Origin: Octopus sinensis
Lineage: Eukaryota
Length of the DNA stretch: 64,000 nucleotides
Direction: 5' to 3'
NCBI RefSeq assembly: GCF_006345805.1
Contig: NC_043014.1
Coordinates: 52,266,001-52,330,000 of the forward strand
Shown here: in pieces, positions 13,380-27,250 of the stretch
Numbering within the stretch: the stretch's first letter is position 1
Layout of the letters: every line of letters starts with the position of its first letter
Made by a program: the position numbers and the translations under genes
The notes under the pieces: model-generated
What the model was told of the DNA's origin: nothing
Databases searched by the model: none
What the model saw: the letters and a program-made list of their open reading frames with translations, nothing else

Positions 13380-14914
13380 GATACCCGAATCAAGAACAAA
13401 ATCTATGAAAATCACAACAGTCGAAGGAACATTCATTGTCAATGCTACTAAATGGACTCTAAGGGGAAGAAGAAATAGAGTAAAAAACATATAAAGTAAA
13501 ATGTTAACGTTTCTGACGGTTTGACGAATACTAAAGGAGAGTCGAGGGAGAGAGGAACGCAGAAACGATTGGTCTCACTTGCTCCTCCCTCTCTCTCTCT
13601 CTCTCTCTCATTGTATATATAAGAAGACCACTGAGGTATAAATGATTATGTTATGAACTTCGTGCCCTTACATCTGTTTCTGTTATAGATGAATGTCTGA
13701 GTAACACGTCACAATTTCGTAAGCGCTTCAATGAGAATATGTGCACTTCACCTTTGATGCTTTAATGAAACTGTATGCTGTTACTCAGGCATTCAACTAC
13801 TAGTCCACTACCTCCTATAATAAACACAGCTTTAAGCTCATGAAGATCATAAGTTGATTGTTTTTCTTTTCTCATCATTTTCCTTATTATCGTGGTGTAA
13901 TAACGCTTCCTTCAGAAGCATACGAATAGTGAATTCTTCAATTGTTTATTAATAACGCCATTCATAAGAGAAATATTAAAACACACTCACAAACACGTAT
14001 ACATAAACAAGCAAACGTATACAAACATATAAAAATCAACATCTTATGCCTATTTTCCGTGCTGACATGGGTTGAATATCTCGACAGGAACTGGTGAGGT
14101 CAGGAACTGCCCCAGGTTCCACAGTCTGGTTTTCTTTGGTCTCTACAGCTGGATGTCCTTCCTAATACCAACCATTTGACATAGTATACTGGGTGCTGTT
14201 TACGTGTCACCACCACCAGTGCTTTTCATGTGGAACATGCACCCTGATCGTTCTCCATATCTCATGTATATATTGAATATTCCCTTACAGATGTGTCCAA
14301 TTTATACAATTTTAACTTTTTTCTCTCTCCAATCTTTATACAAGTAGTTATTTGTATAATTACTCGTAGGTGAACTCACATTTTTATCTCTTTCTTTCCA
14401 GATATGTGACTTCGTGAGTGGGAAAAGGTTGAATTATATTTCGTCCTTTAATTTGGAGGATTCCAAAATAGATTTCTAATAAAGATTCTTCCTATTTTGC
14501 TGGTAAATTAGCGAATATGAAAATAATAATTGTATATGGTGTGTAATGTGAATTTATGGAAAATAATCCCATAAAACGCAACAGATTTGTTAAAAATGGA
14601 GAAGAGAAGATGTTAAAATGTAAGATAATTTTAATTCTCTTGCATTAATATTTTCTGTTCTCAATTTTTAAGAAGATTGTTCAGTTTTATGGATTCCTAT
14701 CCATAAATTCACACACACACACACACACATATGTATAAGCACAGTTGAGAATAGAAGGGCCTGCGAAGAAATTCATTGAAGTCTTACAGCTTTCATATAA
14801 TAACCCTATCTAACCGCTCTAACCATGGTAGCCAGTCCTATATGAGATAGTGTTTCGCTTTCTCTAAATAACTTAAAGTTGAATATCACCACATGTCTAA
14901 CAATCCGACATACG

Positions 14915-14946
<32 letters not shown>

Positions 14947-14979
14947 TAAACACACACACAACATATTCTCTCTCTCTTT

Positions 14980-15376
14980 CTCTTTTACTTGTTTCAGTCA
15001 TTCGACTGCGGCCATGCTGGAGCACCGCCTTTTAGTCGAGCAAATCGACCCCGGGACTTGTTCTTTGTAAGCCCAGAACTTATTCTATCGGTCTCTTTTG
15101 CCGAACCGCTAAGTGACGGGGACGTAAACACACCAGCATCAGTTGTCAAGCAATGCTAGATGGACAAACACAGACACACAAACATACACACACACACTTA
15201 TATACATATATACGACAGGCTTCTTTCAGTTTCCGTCTACCAAATCCACTCACAAGGCATTGGTCAGCCCGGAGCTATAGCAGAAGACACTTACCCAAGA
15301 TGCCACGCAGTGGGCCTGAACCCGGAACCATGTGGTTGGTTAGCAAGCTACTTACCACACAGCCACTCCTGCGCCT
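14980..15376 (-). mobile_element. SINE family A, full length
   Basis: Near-identical to 4834-5256. Confidence 0.95.
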
Positions 15377-15771
15377 ATGTATATTTAGATTTAAAATAAT
15401 TCCTGTTATAACGACACACGAGTAAAATAATTATTTCATTAACCACTATGGTTAAAGCTTGCTTACTTAATTAAGTTGTTCCAGTAAATTTCACACATTG
15501 AGATAATTACGTACGCCAGGAGTAGACAAGAATCCTGACATGTTGGGCAAACGTATAGGTTTACAAGTGCAAATATTTTGAAGACCATTTTGGATTATAA
15601 TTAAAATCTAATTTACGTTATTCATTCTGTAATGAATTCATATTCTATCCAGAAAAAGTATCTATTTTATGTAGATGAAAGCCGAATACGATTATATTAT
15701 AATTATAGATATTTACTTTCACACTTCGAAGAATATATTTAAATTCAATTCAGTTATTGGATTTGTGTATT

Positions 15772-15839
<68 letters not shown>

Positions 15840-15959
15840 AATATGTAACGACGAAATATGATTTAGAGGAGAAATTGAAATAAATGAAATATTCAACACT
15901 GTAAATGTTTCTATCTTTTAATAGCTTTGGTGTATACAACAGTAATAATGCTTCTTACT

Positions 15960-16194
15960 AAAGGCAAAAGGCCTGGAATTTTGGAGGATGAGACTAGTTG
16001 ATTACAATGACTCAGTATATCACTGGTACTTAATTTATAGACCCCATTATCCAACTGGTGCATATGTTATCGACCCCGTGAGGAAGAAAAGCAAAATCGA
16101 CCTCTGCGGAATTTCAATCTCAGAAAATAAAGACGGATGAAAATCCACAAACATTTTGCCCGGCGTGCTAACAATTCTGCCAGCTCATCACCTT
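15960..16194 (-). mobile_element. SINE family C, degenerate copy
   Basis: Core and head recognisable, with a short internal insertion. Confidence 0.8.
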
Positions 16195-16322
16195 AATAAT
16201 AGCAATATTAATAATAATAATAACAATAATAACAATAAGAAGGAGAAGAAGGAGGAGATGAAGAAGAATTGGAAGAAGACGAAGAAGAAAAAGCAGAAGA
16301 AAAGAAGAAGAAGAAGAAGAAG
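16195..16322. repeat. (AAT)n grading into (AAG)n
   Basis: Visible trinucleotide runs. Confidence 0.85.
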
Positions 16323-18186
16323 AGACCCCTAGAACATCAGTGAAACAAACCAGTACTACGCAGATCAGTTTGTGGTGTCTGCCTTCTCTCCTGATGCAAC
16401 TTGGCCATTGGTGTCTCTTTCACTAATGCATCCGCCCGTTAACAATGTCTTATATTTAGTTCAATCATGGTCTTAAGCTTTCCGTGGCATGCATGCTGGG
16501 TAGAATTGCTACAATAAGTTGCCATGCACCGAGTGATCCAAAGGTTTGGGGATTCAGCTCTTGGCACGATGCATGGTCAAAGATACAAATAAACACCTGT
16601 CCATTTTCGTCTAGAATGAGTTATAAGGATATCATATCATGCAACCTCTCAAAGAGTAGTGTATAAACCACGGTTGTGTAAAAAGTAAATATGAAATCCA
16701 TAACTAAAGGTCTCTATTAACATAAGATAAATTCTAAAGATTATGTGTATCCACTAATGTATTACTCAGTTGATTAATGGAATTATTCGTTCCTAAAATT
16801 AACAGAAGGATTTTTAAAGTAAACGGGGTAATCAGTTAAATGAAATTTTGTTCACTGAACTGTAATAATTTCGTTCAACTGGGTTAAGTACACAGTAAAC
16901 TTCAGTTCTGCGGCATTTGATCGCAAAACGTAAATAAGACCGTAGGCAAGCACCGAAAGATATTTCATCTAAAGTTCCAATGGTTATATCGATCTACCGC
17001 AAGCATTTAAGACATATGCTTGTAAGAAATGTCGATAAAATGAGGAATTCAGTGGAAATCTTGGCATTTTGTTGTCTTTGTCAATACTACAACAACGACA
17101 GCACAATACCCCTTATATATATGTATATATATATATACATACATACATACACACGCATATATATATGCCTACGCATATTGGCAAATACTAATCTATGTGT
17201 GTGTATGTATGTATATATATATATTATATATATATATATATATAAGTTGTACGCTGCAGATATAAAAAGTAGTTAAGTAAATTACATTTTCTATAAATGT
17301 GAACATATGTTTTCTTTCCTGTGTGATTAGATACAAATCGATGTGAATATATATTAGAACAAAGACTTAACATTACGGCTTTCTTGTTAACATATGGAGC
17401 CATATTTGTCTTGACGATTTACATGCATAAGTGTGTTGTAGTTAATTTAATAGCAAGCTGCCTACTTCGATCTATTGAAGATACATTCAGTAGTAAATGT
17501 GATGATAAAAATAACGAAAAAAATCAAAATGAAAACAATAATACTTTGGACAGTTATATAATACTTAATTAGCTCGTTGGATGTTGCAGGAAGCTTATGT
17601 TCTATATGCATCATTAAAGGTTTCATTTCGTTGACATCTGTTTACAGTCTGTTTAATGCTGTCAAATCCTATTCATTACTAAACGTCAAGTTTTCTTTTC
17701 TTTTTCGTCTTAAATATATTTTTTTTCTTCTTCTTTTGCTTTATTGTTGGCAATTATAATGCAGAACTGTATTTGTAAGGAAGGTGTCTTTAACGTCTTG
17801 TTACAGTTAATGTATGCATTATACTGTTTGAGGACTGACACGTCTCTTCTCTTCTTAATATCTTCGCAATAAATATAGGAAGTAAATGAAAGTGAAATTT
17901 ACTAATGGAAGGTACACACACAAACACACACACATACATACTTATAGGTATGCATGTATAAGGAACACAAGAAGCGTTTCATAATTTTTACTATATGTTT
18001 ATAGTCATCCTGTGTTAATGGTATTTAATTTAGCAATGCATGTGGTGGAAATTTAAATAATATATATCGATATTAAGTAAATTGATATCATGTTTGAGGC
18101 TTCAAACGAGAAGAAGCGATAGCATTTATGGTTCTTTTCTCATCGTATTTATTGCTCTGTACTTATTGTTTATTCAGGGTAACTGA

Positions 18187-18317
18187 AAGCGCGTGGCTTA
18201 GTGGTTAGGGTGTGACGCTTCCGACTGGAAGGTCGCAATTTCTATTCCAGTATTTGGCGATATGTTGTGTTCTTGAGCAAATCATTCATTCCACGTCACT
18301 CCAGTCTACTCAGCCCT
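18187..18317 (+). mobile_element. SINE family D-like head, degenerate
   Basis: gcgcgtggcttagtggttagg...ttgtgttcttgagcaa...ctccagtctactcagc. Confidence 0.6.
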
Positions 18318-19100
18318 ATATAAGGAAGGCTACGACAATCTGGCGTCGCTTCCCCCCTCCCCCCGGAGAATATTCTGATCTCGGTCACTTCTCCACAATA
18401 GAAATAGCATAACTGCTTCTATAATCCCTAGGACTCGAAAGAGTAATTTCTGGGGGTTGCAAATGATGATGGTTTGGGAAGAGGAAAGGGAGAAGTTATC
18501 TTTATAATAGAAATCCAAGTAAAATGCTTGCAACAGAGTGAACGTCACCTCAAGCCTCCAATATTTCAGATGGTAATGATATGCCTGCTGACAGTTTCGG
18601 TATACCGCCCAAGTAAGCCTCACAGAATTCGAACACGGAATTCACAAAGCCATAACAAATGATGAAGTTCATATTATGACATTTTTACATTTCCACCAAT
18701 CCATCAAGTTTGGCATTTTTTTTCTGTCGACCACTAAATTGTGCTGTAAAGAGTTGACTTCGACAAGGTTTGCATCCAGGACGGGATGGGCAAGAGGCAA
18801 TCATGTTTGATCTGAGTCAAGTCCAGGTTTGCAGCAGATAGGACCAAAGAAATCAGAACATCTTTGGTTACATTGGACGAAAGATTTTGGTGTAACATGC
18901 AGCTCTAGGTACCATCTTTCCGTTGCTGTTCCAAATGAATTAGGCAGTAGGAAGCTACAGCAGTATTTATTTTCCGAATTTCCGTAGTGAATCGCAAAGC
19001 AGATATTACGGAGTGAACAGCTTAACCCACAAACACAGGAGTGTGCCCAAATGACGTGGCTGGTCATTTATTGATTACGTAATGATTGTCTCCTTGAAGC

Positions 19101-19260
19101 ACGTGGCTGTGTTGAAAAGTTCCTGGCCTCAGGTCAAAGAATATACAGGAGGATCAGTTATGATTTTATTCAACATATTCCTCTTTGAGATTCACATAGT
19201 TATTGTAGCGATCCTTCAGCTTTTCTCAGCCCTGTAAAAAGAAATTAGTCTCTCCCGACA
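19101..19260 (+). mobile_element. Mariner-type MITE remnant
   Basis: Starts acgtggctgtgttgaaaagttcctggc. Body aligns to part of the element at 50325-50698 (attcaacatattcctctttgagattcac versus attcaatatattaccctctcagattctcac). Confidence 0.6.
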
Positions 19261-19362
19261 ACCTTAAAGGCAGGAACTCTTCAGTATTTCCTTGTATTTA
19301 TGTAGATAGATAGATAAATTCGGGTTCAGTTAAATTAAGTATTTAAGTTGAGGTACCAAGTT

Positions 19363-20060
19363 GAAGAAGTGGAAATGAGAAGAAGAAGAAGAAAGAGAAG
19401 AAGAATAAGGAGAATGAGAAGGATAATGAGGAGAAGAAGAAGAAGAATGAGAAGAAAAAGAAGAATGAGAAGAAGAAAAAGAATGGGAAGAAGAAGAATG
19501 AGAAGAGGAAGAAAGAGAAAAAGAAGAATGAGAAGGAGAAGGAGTAGAAGAAGAAGAAGAAGAAGAAGAAGAATGAGAAGAAGAAGAAGAAGAATGGGAA
19601 GAAGAAGAATGAGAATGGGAAGAAGAAGAATGAGAAGAAGAAGAAGAATGAGAAGAAGAAGAATGAGAAGGAGAAGAATGAGAAGGAGAAGAAGAAGAAG
19701 AAGGAGAAGAATGGGAAGAAGAAGAAGAATGGGAAGAAGAAGAATGAGAAGAAGAGGAAGAAAGAGAAGAAGAATGAGAAGGAGAAGAAGAATGGGAAGA
19801 AGAAGAAGAAGAAGAAGAAGGAGAATGATAAGAAATAGAAGAAGAAGAATGAGAAGAAGAAGAAAAGAAGAAGAAGAAGAAGAATGAAAAGAAGAAAATA
19901 AGAGGAAGAAGATGAATGAAAAGAAGAAGAAAAGAAGAAGAAGAATGAGAATAATAATAATAATAAGAAGAAGAATGAGAATAATAAGAAGAAGAAAAAA
20001 AAGAAAAAGAAAAAAAGGAAAAAAAGAAGAAAAAAGAAGAAAAAGAAGAGAAAGAAGAAA
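19363..20060. repeat. ~700-bp (GAA)n/GAAT purine-rich tract
   Basis: No C seen on the plus strand. Units are (GAA)n broken by TGA/TGG. Explains the R-, S- and F-rich ORFs. Confidence 0.95.
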
Positions 20061-20402
20061 TTACACTCACAGAAACAGTCCTGCATACAAACACGTATGA
20101 ATCTTTATCATAAATATATTTACATGATGGAAATTTTTATTACTCCTCACGTATTTCAGTCGTCAGACTGCAGTCATGCAGGATCGGAAAATTTTTAGTC
20201 GAATGTGTGCGGATGTGTGATTTGTTTTTCAAGTTAATATTTTTGTCTTCAAAAACGTTATTTGCTATGTTGTATTGAAACAATTGTAACAAAAGAATTA
20301 AGAATAAAGCCAGAAATTCCATTTATTGCTCTTATACAAACACATATAGGACGTTGTCTATACATATGCGCGCGCATGCAGATGCATATACCATAAATAT
20401 AA

Positions 20403-20463
<61 letters not shown>

Positions 20464-20466
<3 letters not shown>

Positions 20467-20634
20467 TAGGTAGATTTCACATAAAAGAAACAATGGACGA
20501 AGACAGGTGGTGTAGACAACAAACAGATGTATTAGTATAACGCTCGGAAAGTGAAAAAAATCTTTAATGATTAGAGCCTACGCTCTTCTACAAAAAGGAA
20601 TACAGAAAGAAAATAAAGAGAAAAAGTAAAGAGC

Positions 20635-20636
<2 letters not shown>
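20464..20636 (-). mobile_element. Short Penelope-like element, decayed, between two (TA)n runs
   Basis: gacgaagacaggtgg...gtattagtataacgctc...gagcctacgctcttc, homologous to 117-305. Confidence 0.55.
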
Positions 20637-20672
<36 letters not shown>

Positions 20673-23074
20673 GTCCACCCAGAAAGCATTTTTGTACATG
20701 TGCATGTGTCTGTATGTGTTTGTGTGTTTTATTATTTTGAAATACTTTAAGTTTAAGTTGGCTTCTGAAAGATCTCGACAGCCAGTTGTGTTTCATACCA
20801 CGACACACACACACAGTCTCGTACTTTCACACACACACGCACACACACACACGCACACGCACTCACCTATTTTCTTGGAACTGACACTCGGATTATAGTA
20901 GGTGTTTATGACGGATTAAATGCAAATATGTGAAATATTTTATAAGTTTATAATCCCTATGCTGTATTTAGTAGATCTTTCTTCATTTATTATTATTATT
21001 GTAATTTTTTTTTTTTAATTTTTGCACTTCTAATTCAGAGCTTTCAATTTAATATTATGACTTAACCGGAAGGATGATTTTAAAATATAACAAATAAATA
21101 AATCGAAAAAAATATGCATTCAAATTTGATAAACAGATGTAGCAAAATTATAAATATTTTAAAAAGACATAAAATATAAATCAAGCGAAGAAATAATGGA
21201 TTACAGATCAAACTCATGATCGCTGCCAAAATATTTTGAGAAGGAACAATAAACAATGTCTAAAAACAGAATTTGATGGCTCACAGAAATTTCTGTCTTA
21301 TATCAAAATATGGAAATTACATTTTTTGTAGAAATATGAGATAATAGTTCAAATTGTCAAGTATTCCTTTGTTATTGTACTTACAATCTACAAATGAAGT
21401 CATAAGAAATTCGTCTTCTTGAGCTGAAAAGCTTAAGAAGCCGGATTTGCATGTACTGGATTTTGATTTCAATCCCACTGAAGAGCACTTTAAGCAAGTG
21501 TCTGTTTCTATAACCTTGAGCTAATTAATGCTTTGTCAGTGAGTCTGGAAGGCAGAAAATTTGTGAAGACCCATCATATATATTCGCGTGCGTGCCTGAG
21601 GAAACGAAGCTTACCTGTTGTATATTTATCCGGGAAATTAGCGGTTCAACGAAAGTGACAAATATAATAGGTATCAGACTTTAAAATAAAAGACAGTACT
21701 AGGGTCGGGGAAAAACTGCGTGCTATATCCGGAAAGTCGAACCAGCACTGTAGATCATCTCTCACTATCGTTGAAAATTTTTTAGAGAAATGTAGTGAGA
21801 AACCATTCAATGAGGATGGATATTTTTGAATACAATGACTCGAATAAATATGAGAAATCCTTTGTAGTAAGTATTCCTACATCTACGGAAGTACATATTT
21901 CGATACAACACTGATATCATAAAAAATGCGCCTCGATAGATATATGTGAAACGAAAATCAGAGGGTTGGCTTTTAAAAGTACGATGAAATGACATGAATG
22001 ACCACAGCATAAAACAAATTTGATACGTATCATAGCATCTGGCTTTGTACTTAAATTTGAAATCAATATTTATCATAGCAGCCGACCGAATATTTTCATC
22101 CCTAACTTTTGCCGTAGTTCAAATTTGTTAAAAATGAAATGTCATCATAAAAAGGAAATGTCATCATGTCGCCAATTGCTTTAACTGAATTAGCTCGACA
22201 TTAGTTCTTAAGGCCTTTTTTGCTCACATTTCGTTGTAAGGAACAAAAATGCTAATCATTGAACATTTTTCCTGTTCCATTAAATATGTTAGAATTCATT
22301 TAACAATTATCAAAAACATGTTCCCGAGAATTAGATTTGCATTTCAGTAGAGCAAAATTGCTTTAAACGATTCACGTTTCCAATATCCAGTCTTACTAAT
22401 TTGTATTCGTTCCTATCTGAAGGTAAAATATGGAGCTGACTAACAGTATTCTTTTGTTTCACTATATTAAAATAAGGAGGGTAGCCAGTCCCCATAACTC
22501 ATTAGAATGTCTCGAAGACGAGTGAGATGATTGTATCCTCCAATAGGATACCTGACCAGAATATTTGTATCAGTGTGAACTTGGCTAAAGTCATATAACA
22601 TTACAAGTAATGGTGAAATAACATCTATTTAATTATTCTATAATGGCTTATAAAGCGAAATATCCTATCTATTTTCCATAAATGTCATGCGAAAGTCTTC
22701 TTGTACTCATTTATAATTTTTCAGGGCTTGGCTCGTTATCGATAGATATTATATTCATAAGTCGAGACCTTACTGCTCTGCAGGAAAGTTTGCAACGAGA
22801 ACTTCCCGTGTATATATTTGAGGTGACATATAATGCATTTGTACCAATTTAAATGAATACACAATGAAATAACTGTGGCTGTTTTTGTCGTTGTTGTCTA
22901 TCTACAGATGAGACACGAGGAAAAGGAACGATGCCTAAATGTAAGATCGTCGTAACTAACAGTTTCTCTTCATACAGCAGATGCATCACATATGAAGTTT
23001 TGGTAAATATTTCCAGCATGTTTGAGTGGCTGCCTAGAAACTTCCTGGCTGGCTTGTGTAACACCAGTATATTT

Positions 23075-23303
23075 GGCGAGCTGGCAGAAACGTTAGTACG
23101 CCGGGCGAAATGCGTAGCCGTATTTCGTCTGCCGTTACGTTCTGAGTTCAAATTCCGCCGAGGTCGACTTTGCTTTTCATCATTTCGGGGTCGATAAATA
23201 AAGTACCAGTTTCGCACTGGGGTCGATGTAATCGACTTAATCCCTTTGTCTGTCCTTGTTTATCCCCTCTATGTTTAGCCCCTTGTGGGCAGTAAAGAAA
23301 TAT
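23075..23303 (+). mobile_element. SINE family C, monomer, well preserved
   Basis: Full head, core and tail ending gtaaagaaata. Confidence 0.95.
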
Positions 23304-24337
23304 ATATTCATGGTACTTTCCTGCTTTCAACACGTATTTAAACGAAATAACTTCAATCCTCAGAAGGTACCACCACGTGTTCATTAGATTTGTTGGGATT
23401 CACTTTCAAATATCACAGTTTTAAACTCTGCTGAGTTATAAAAACGGAAATTTCCAATAATGTAGCTTAGTTACAAAAATGGTAGGATAGTCACGGCGAG
23501 AATGCCTCATCATGTAATAGGTCGATCAAGACTAAAAATAAACGCAAGCGTTTTTAATATTCCTGAATGAAAATTTAATTTTTGTCACTTGATTAGCTGT
23601 AATTCAGTATTTATCCCGAAGCTATATTATCAATGTTATTCCAACCATGACAATCTCGTTTATATATTTATTTATTTCTGGCATTGATATATTATCTATG
23701 AATTCTCCATTAACCAAGTTTCTGCATCATTTGAGACTGATGCGCTTGATTTGAGAGAGATTTGTATGATAGTCGCAGCAGGTCAAGCGAGTGTGTACTT
23801 TTATATGGCTTGTATATATATATAAATACACCCTACAGAAATAAAACAGTTTGAAGAAATGCGCTCACACTGAAATATTTACGAAAAGCGAAAAGTAACT
23901 GGTCAGGTAAGTAACGATAAAATGTTAGCAAGTGCTTGTCTGAGGATGAATTCTTGTGACGGTGTAATCGGAGGTTAATAGTATTAATGATGAATAATGA
24001 TAATGAACAAAGTTATCAAATACTAAGTGTGATTCGCTTCACCAACAAAGATAACTATACACAATCACTCATTCTCCCAGAAGTGGAGGGGTCAAGGTTC
24101 CCAAGTTTCAGTCTGTGATCTCACGAAATGTATCAATGAATCATGTGGCTAACTTAGATTTGGTTATATTGGCGGAAATGTAAACGAGACGCCTGACGAT
24201 TTGGAAAGTGTTACGCAACACAAAGTTTTATTGGAAACAACTGTAGCCTTTAAATGGCAAGTAATGAGATGCTCTGTTACTGAAGTTGGTTAGACAAATC
24301 CACGCAGTTGTAATTGTGGTAGTTGTAATTGAAAGGA

Positions 24338-24495
24338 GCACAGTTGTCACATTCTTTATCATGCTGAATATCTCAGGAAACTACATGAAGGGTACACGTG
24401 TTTGTGGAGGGCTCAGCCACATGTTAATTTCACAGGCAGGCTGGGCCGTTGACAGAATAGACTGGAACACTCATCGCCATTACCGACGGAGTACC
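24338..24495 (+). mobile_element. SINE family B tail, degenerate
   Basis: gctgaatatctcaggaaactac...ctcagccac..gttaatttcac...ccgacggagt. Confidence 0.7.
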
Positions 24496-25430
24496 AGTAA
24501 TTCTTAGACCAGTTATGATCATGTAGGCCTATATTCTATGAGTTCCATCCAGGTGAGTCTCGTAATACTTTTCAACATTGCATACAGAAATACATTATCA
24601 AATTTGTATTCCTTTTACTTAGGATGGTTTTATGTCTTAAATGGCCTTCATCTTTAGCCTGGAGAACATGATATTCTTTTCTTGTTTGCTTGTGATACAA
24701 ATTATAAAATAAATAGACTTTATTCACACTTTCCCTTACGATGTCAGATCAACACTGGCGTGTTGTTTTGAAAACAAGTCGGCTGCTATTCTTTAAAACT
24801 GATCTTCTCCCTAACTATTCGTTCAGTGGCTTGTAAGAAAACAACGTTTCTTAAAACAAAGCCAATTGCCTCTTCTCACACTTTGCAGGGAAACATATGA
24901 CTGCTAAAGTATTTATCATAATGGACTCTTCTTAGCAATGTTTAAAGAGGAAGCAAATATTTGCCGGTAATTTGAAAACATTATTTTCTCTTATTGCGAC
25001 AGTAGTTTCATGGGTGAACGAACGATCAATTTAGAGCGAGTTACAGGATGTAGAGTTTCCCCTTTCTTACTTCCAATGGAGAAGCTACCCGTAAAAGAGA
25101 CAATCGTAAAAATAATGAAATCGCTAACTGTTTATCAGTCCATTAAACATAACACGATAAGCCAAGTGTATCTACGGAAAACAAAACAACATGGAAAAAA
25201 TTTAAAACAGAAAACAAACAAAAGACATAAAATATGTATTTATTTTCAATTTATTGTTGACGCTTTATTTCATATCAAATATTTGTGATGTTGAGATAGT
25301 TTATCGAGCTGTCGAAATGAACATATTTTGAGTCTATTGATTCGGTGTTATATTGCCACTTAATTCATATTATATATGCTTATATATGCAAAAACACACG
25401 CATCACACGCCCTCTCTCTTTTCCCCTTCA

Positions 25431-25487
<57 letters not shown>

Positions 25488-25540
25488 ATACATTATATAA
25501 ACATACATTATATAAATATACACATAACGAATATATTCAA

Positions 25541-25572
<32 letters not shown>

Positions 25573-26307
25573 TTATTAATATATACATATATATATATAT
25601 AACATATGTGCTTCCACATATACAAAAACAAATATATGCACATGCACACCGATATCTGAATTATTAGTAACAGAATTTGAAGTAATGGGGTAATTCTGGA
25701 ATCAGTGACATTCCCCATGTTATTTCTAACATGTTAGACTCCATTTCAGAATATGTATTCAGTTATGCGATGTTTGACTCGGTTAAGTAGGATAATAACG
25801 TAGGGATTATAATCGAAATATTTAACATAATACAACAAAGTGCTAACATACCGCTGGCAAGAAGACTGACTGTGAAATAAATCATAGATACACTTGAAAT
25901 ATTTGACATAGTGAAACATTATTTTTGGTTTGTTTGACTGGTTTGCAGCTGTATATTGGACTAAGATATAAGGTGACGCTACCAACTGATGAAAGTAAGA
26001 AGCGCAATATATATTTTAGTTGCATTCGTTTTTTGATATATTAGTTTCCAAGTTTTTCACTGGCACCAAAAGCTCCATGCGCAGACAGAGTTTCATAATG
26101 CTTGCCGTATTAAACTAGCTCATGATTGAAATTACGGATTACATTTTAACAAATATTTCGATTACAAGAACGTTCTAGTGTGTTTTACAATGCATTCAAA
26201 AGAGCGCCGATTTTGTTTGAATGCGGTTGGTGCTATTCCTGTTGAATGTCTAACACACGAAGTGATTCTCATTTCAGTTCGTGATGATGAGAGGGCAGCT
26301 TATTACA

Positions 26308-26392
26308 TATGTATGTATGTATGTATGTGTGTATGTATGTATGTGTGTATGTATGTATGTATGTGTATGTATGTATGTATGTGTGTGTGTGT

Positions 26393-26470
<78 letters not shown>
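26308..26470. repeat. (TATG)n/(TG)n/(TA)n compound microsatellite
   Basis: Visible runs. Confidence 0.9.
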
Positions 26471-26476
<6 letters not shown>

Positions 26477-26484
26477 GTACACAC

Positions 26485-26998
26485 AACTTTTCTCTCTAGT
26501 TTCAGCTCAGAGCTGCAGCCATGCTTATCCACGGTCTTCCATATATATATATATGAGTGTATACCTCTCCCTCCTTTCCCATTAGCTGAGCTGAAGCAAT
26601 CCAGCGAAGCTTCACAAAGAAGATCGGCACATTGCTACAATGTCCGCAGTTAATTTTACACTGTTCGCTGACCATAGCTGGGAGCAGTAATCCAGGACGC
26701 TGAGGATGAATGTTCTACAGAACCACCATCATGGTTTCTACTTCTCTGGTTCTGAATGTTCTCAGGATCCAGCCAGTCAGTCATATTTTCTGCGAGACCT
26801 TAGTATCGTCTGTGTAGTTAGCATGGGCGGCTATCCTGGCATTTGAGGGCATATATGAGAGGGTTCCCAAGACAGTTCCCTGTTGAACACCGCTCACTAT
26901 TTGTGATTTCGTTGAGTGGATGCATTGGCCACTACCGCTCGACTTCTATCTTTCAGAAAGTCATGTAACCACTCTCCAAGTTGTCAAGCTATGCCGAG
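26485..26998 (-). mobile_element. CR1/L2-type LINE reverse-transcriptase remnant, internally deleted
   Basis: Broken frames: LGEWLHDFLKDRSRAVVAN / IVSGVQQGTVLG / NYTDDTKV / TGWILRTFRTRE / FILSVLDYCSQLWS / ERRERY. These match GVPQG.VLGP, YADD and LDYCSQLWSP motifs. Confidence 0.85.
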
Positions 26999-27111
26999 AT
27001 TACACATTATATCTACCTATATATATATATATATTGGTGTTGTTATCAATATTACTAGCTAATATAATATAATCGACTAGCTAATATAATCGATACCGCG
27101 CCGTACAAGAA

Positions 27112-27250
27112 GCTTAGCGTTATGCCTTCTAGCTCTGTAAGTTCTAAATTCAAATGTCGTGCAGGTAGACCTTGCATTTCATTACTTCGCGGTCGTTAAA
27201 TAAGTACCAGTTGAACACTGCAGTCGATATAATCGACTAACCCCTCCCGT
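27112..27250 (+). mobile_element. SINE family C, degenerate copy
   Basis: cgcggtcgttaaataagtaccagttgaacactg..gtcgatataatcgact. Confidence 0.7.

Noticed and set aside
14381-14485. Strong plus-strand acceptor followed by ICDFVSGKRLNYISSFNLEDSKIDF* and AATAAA
   Set aside because: No upstream partner exon or homology, so support is insufficient.
18801-19067. Cys-rich 88-aa ORF as a secreted or DSL/EGF-like peptide
   Set aside because: Cys spacing fits no domain I can name, and there is no convincing signal peptide or splice context.
19330-20100. Long R-, S- and F-rich ORFs as protamine/SR-like genes
   Set aside because: They are entirely explained by the GAA tract being stop-free in several frames.
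23821-23912. TATAAATA, cagt ~27 bp downstream, and a CAG|GTAAGT donor as promoter plus first exon
   Set aside because: The TATA is the end of a (TA)n run, and no phase-compatible downstream exon chain was found.
25949-25994. 46-bp plus-strand exon candidate (LYIGLRYKVTLPTDE)
   Set aside because: It has good splice sites but is isolated. Such matches are expected by chance in 64 kb and no homology was recognised.
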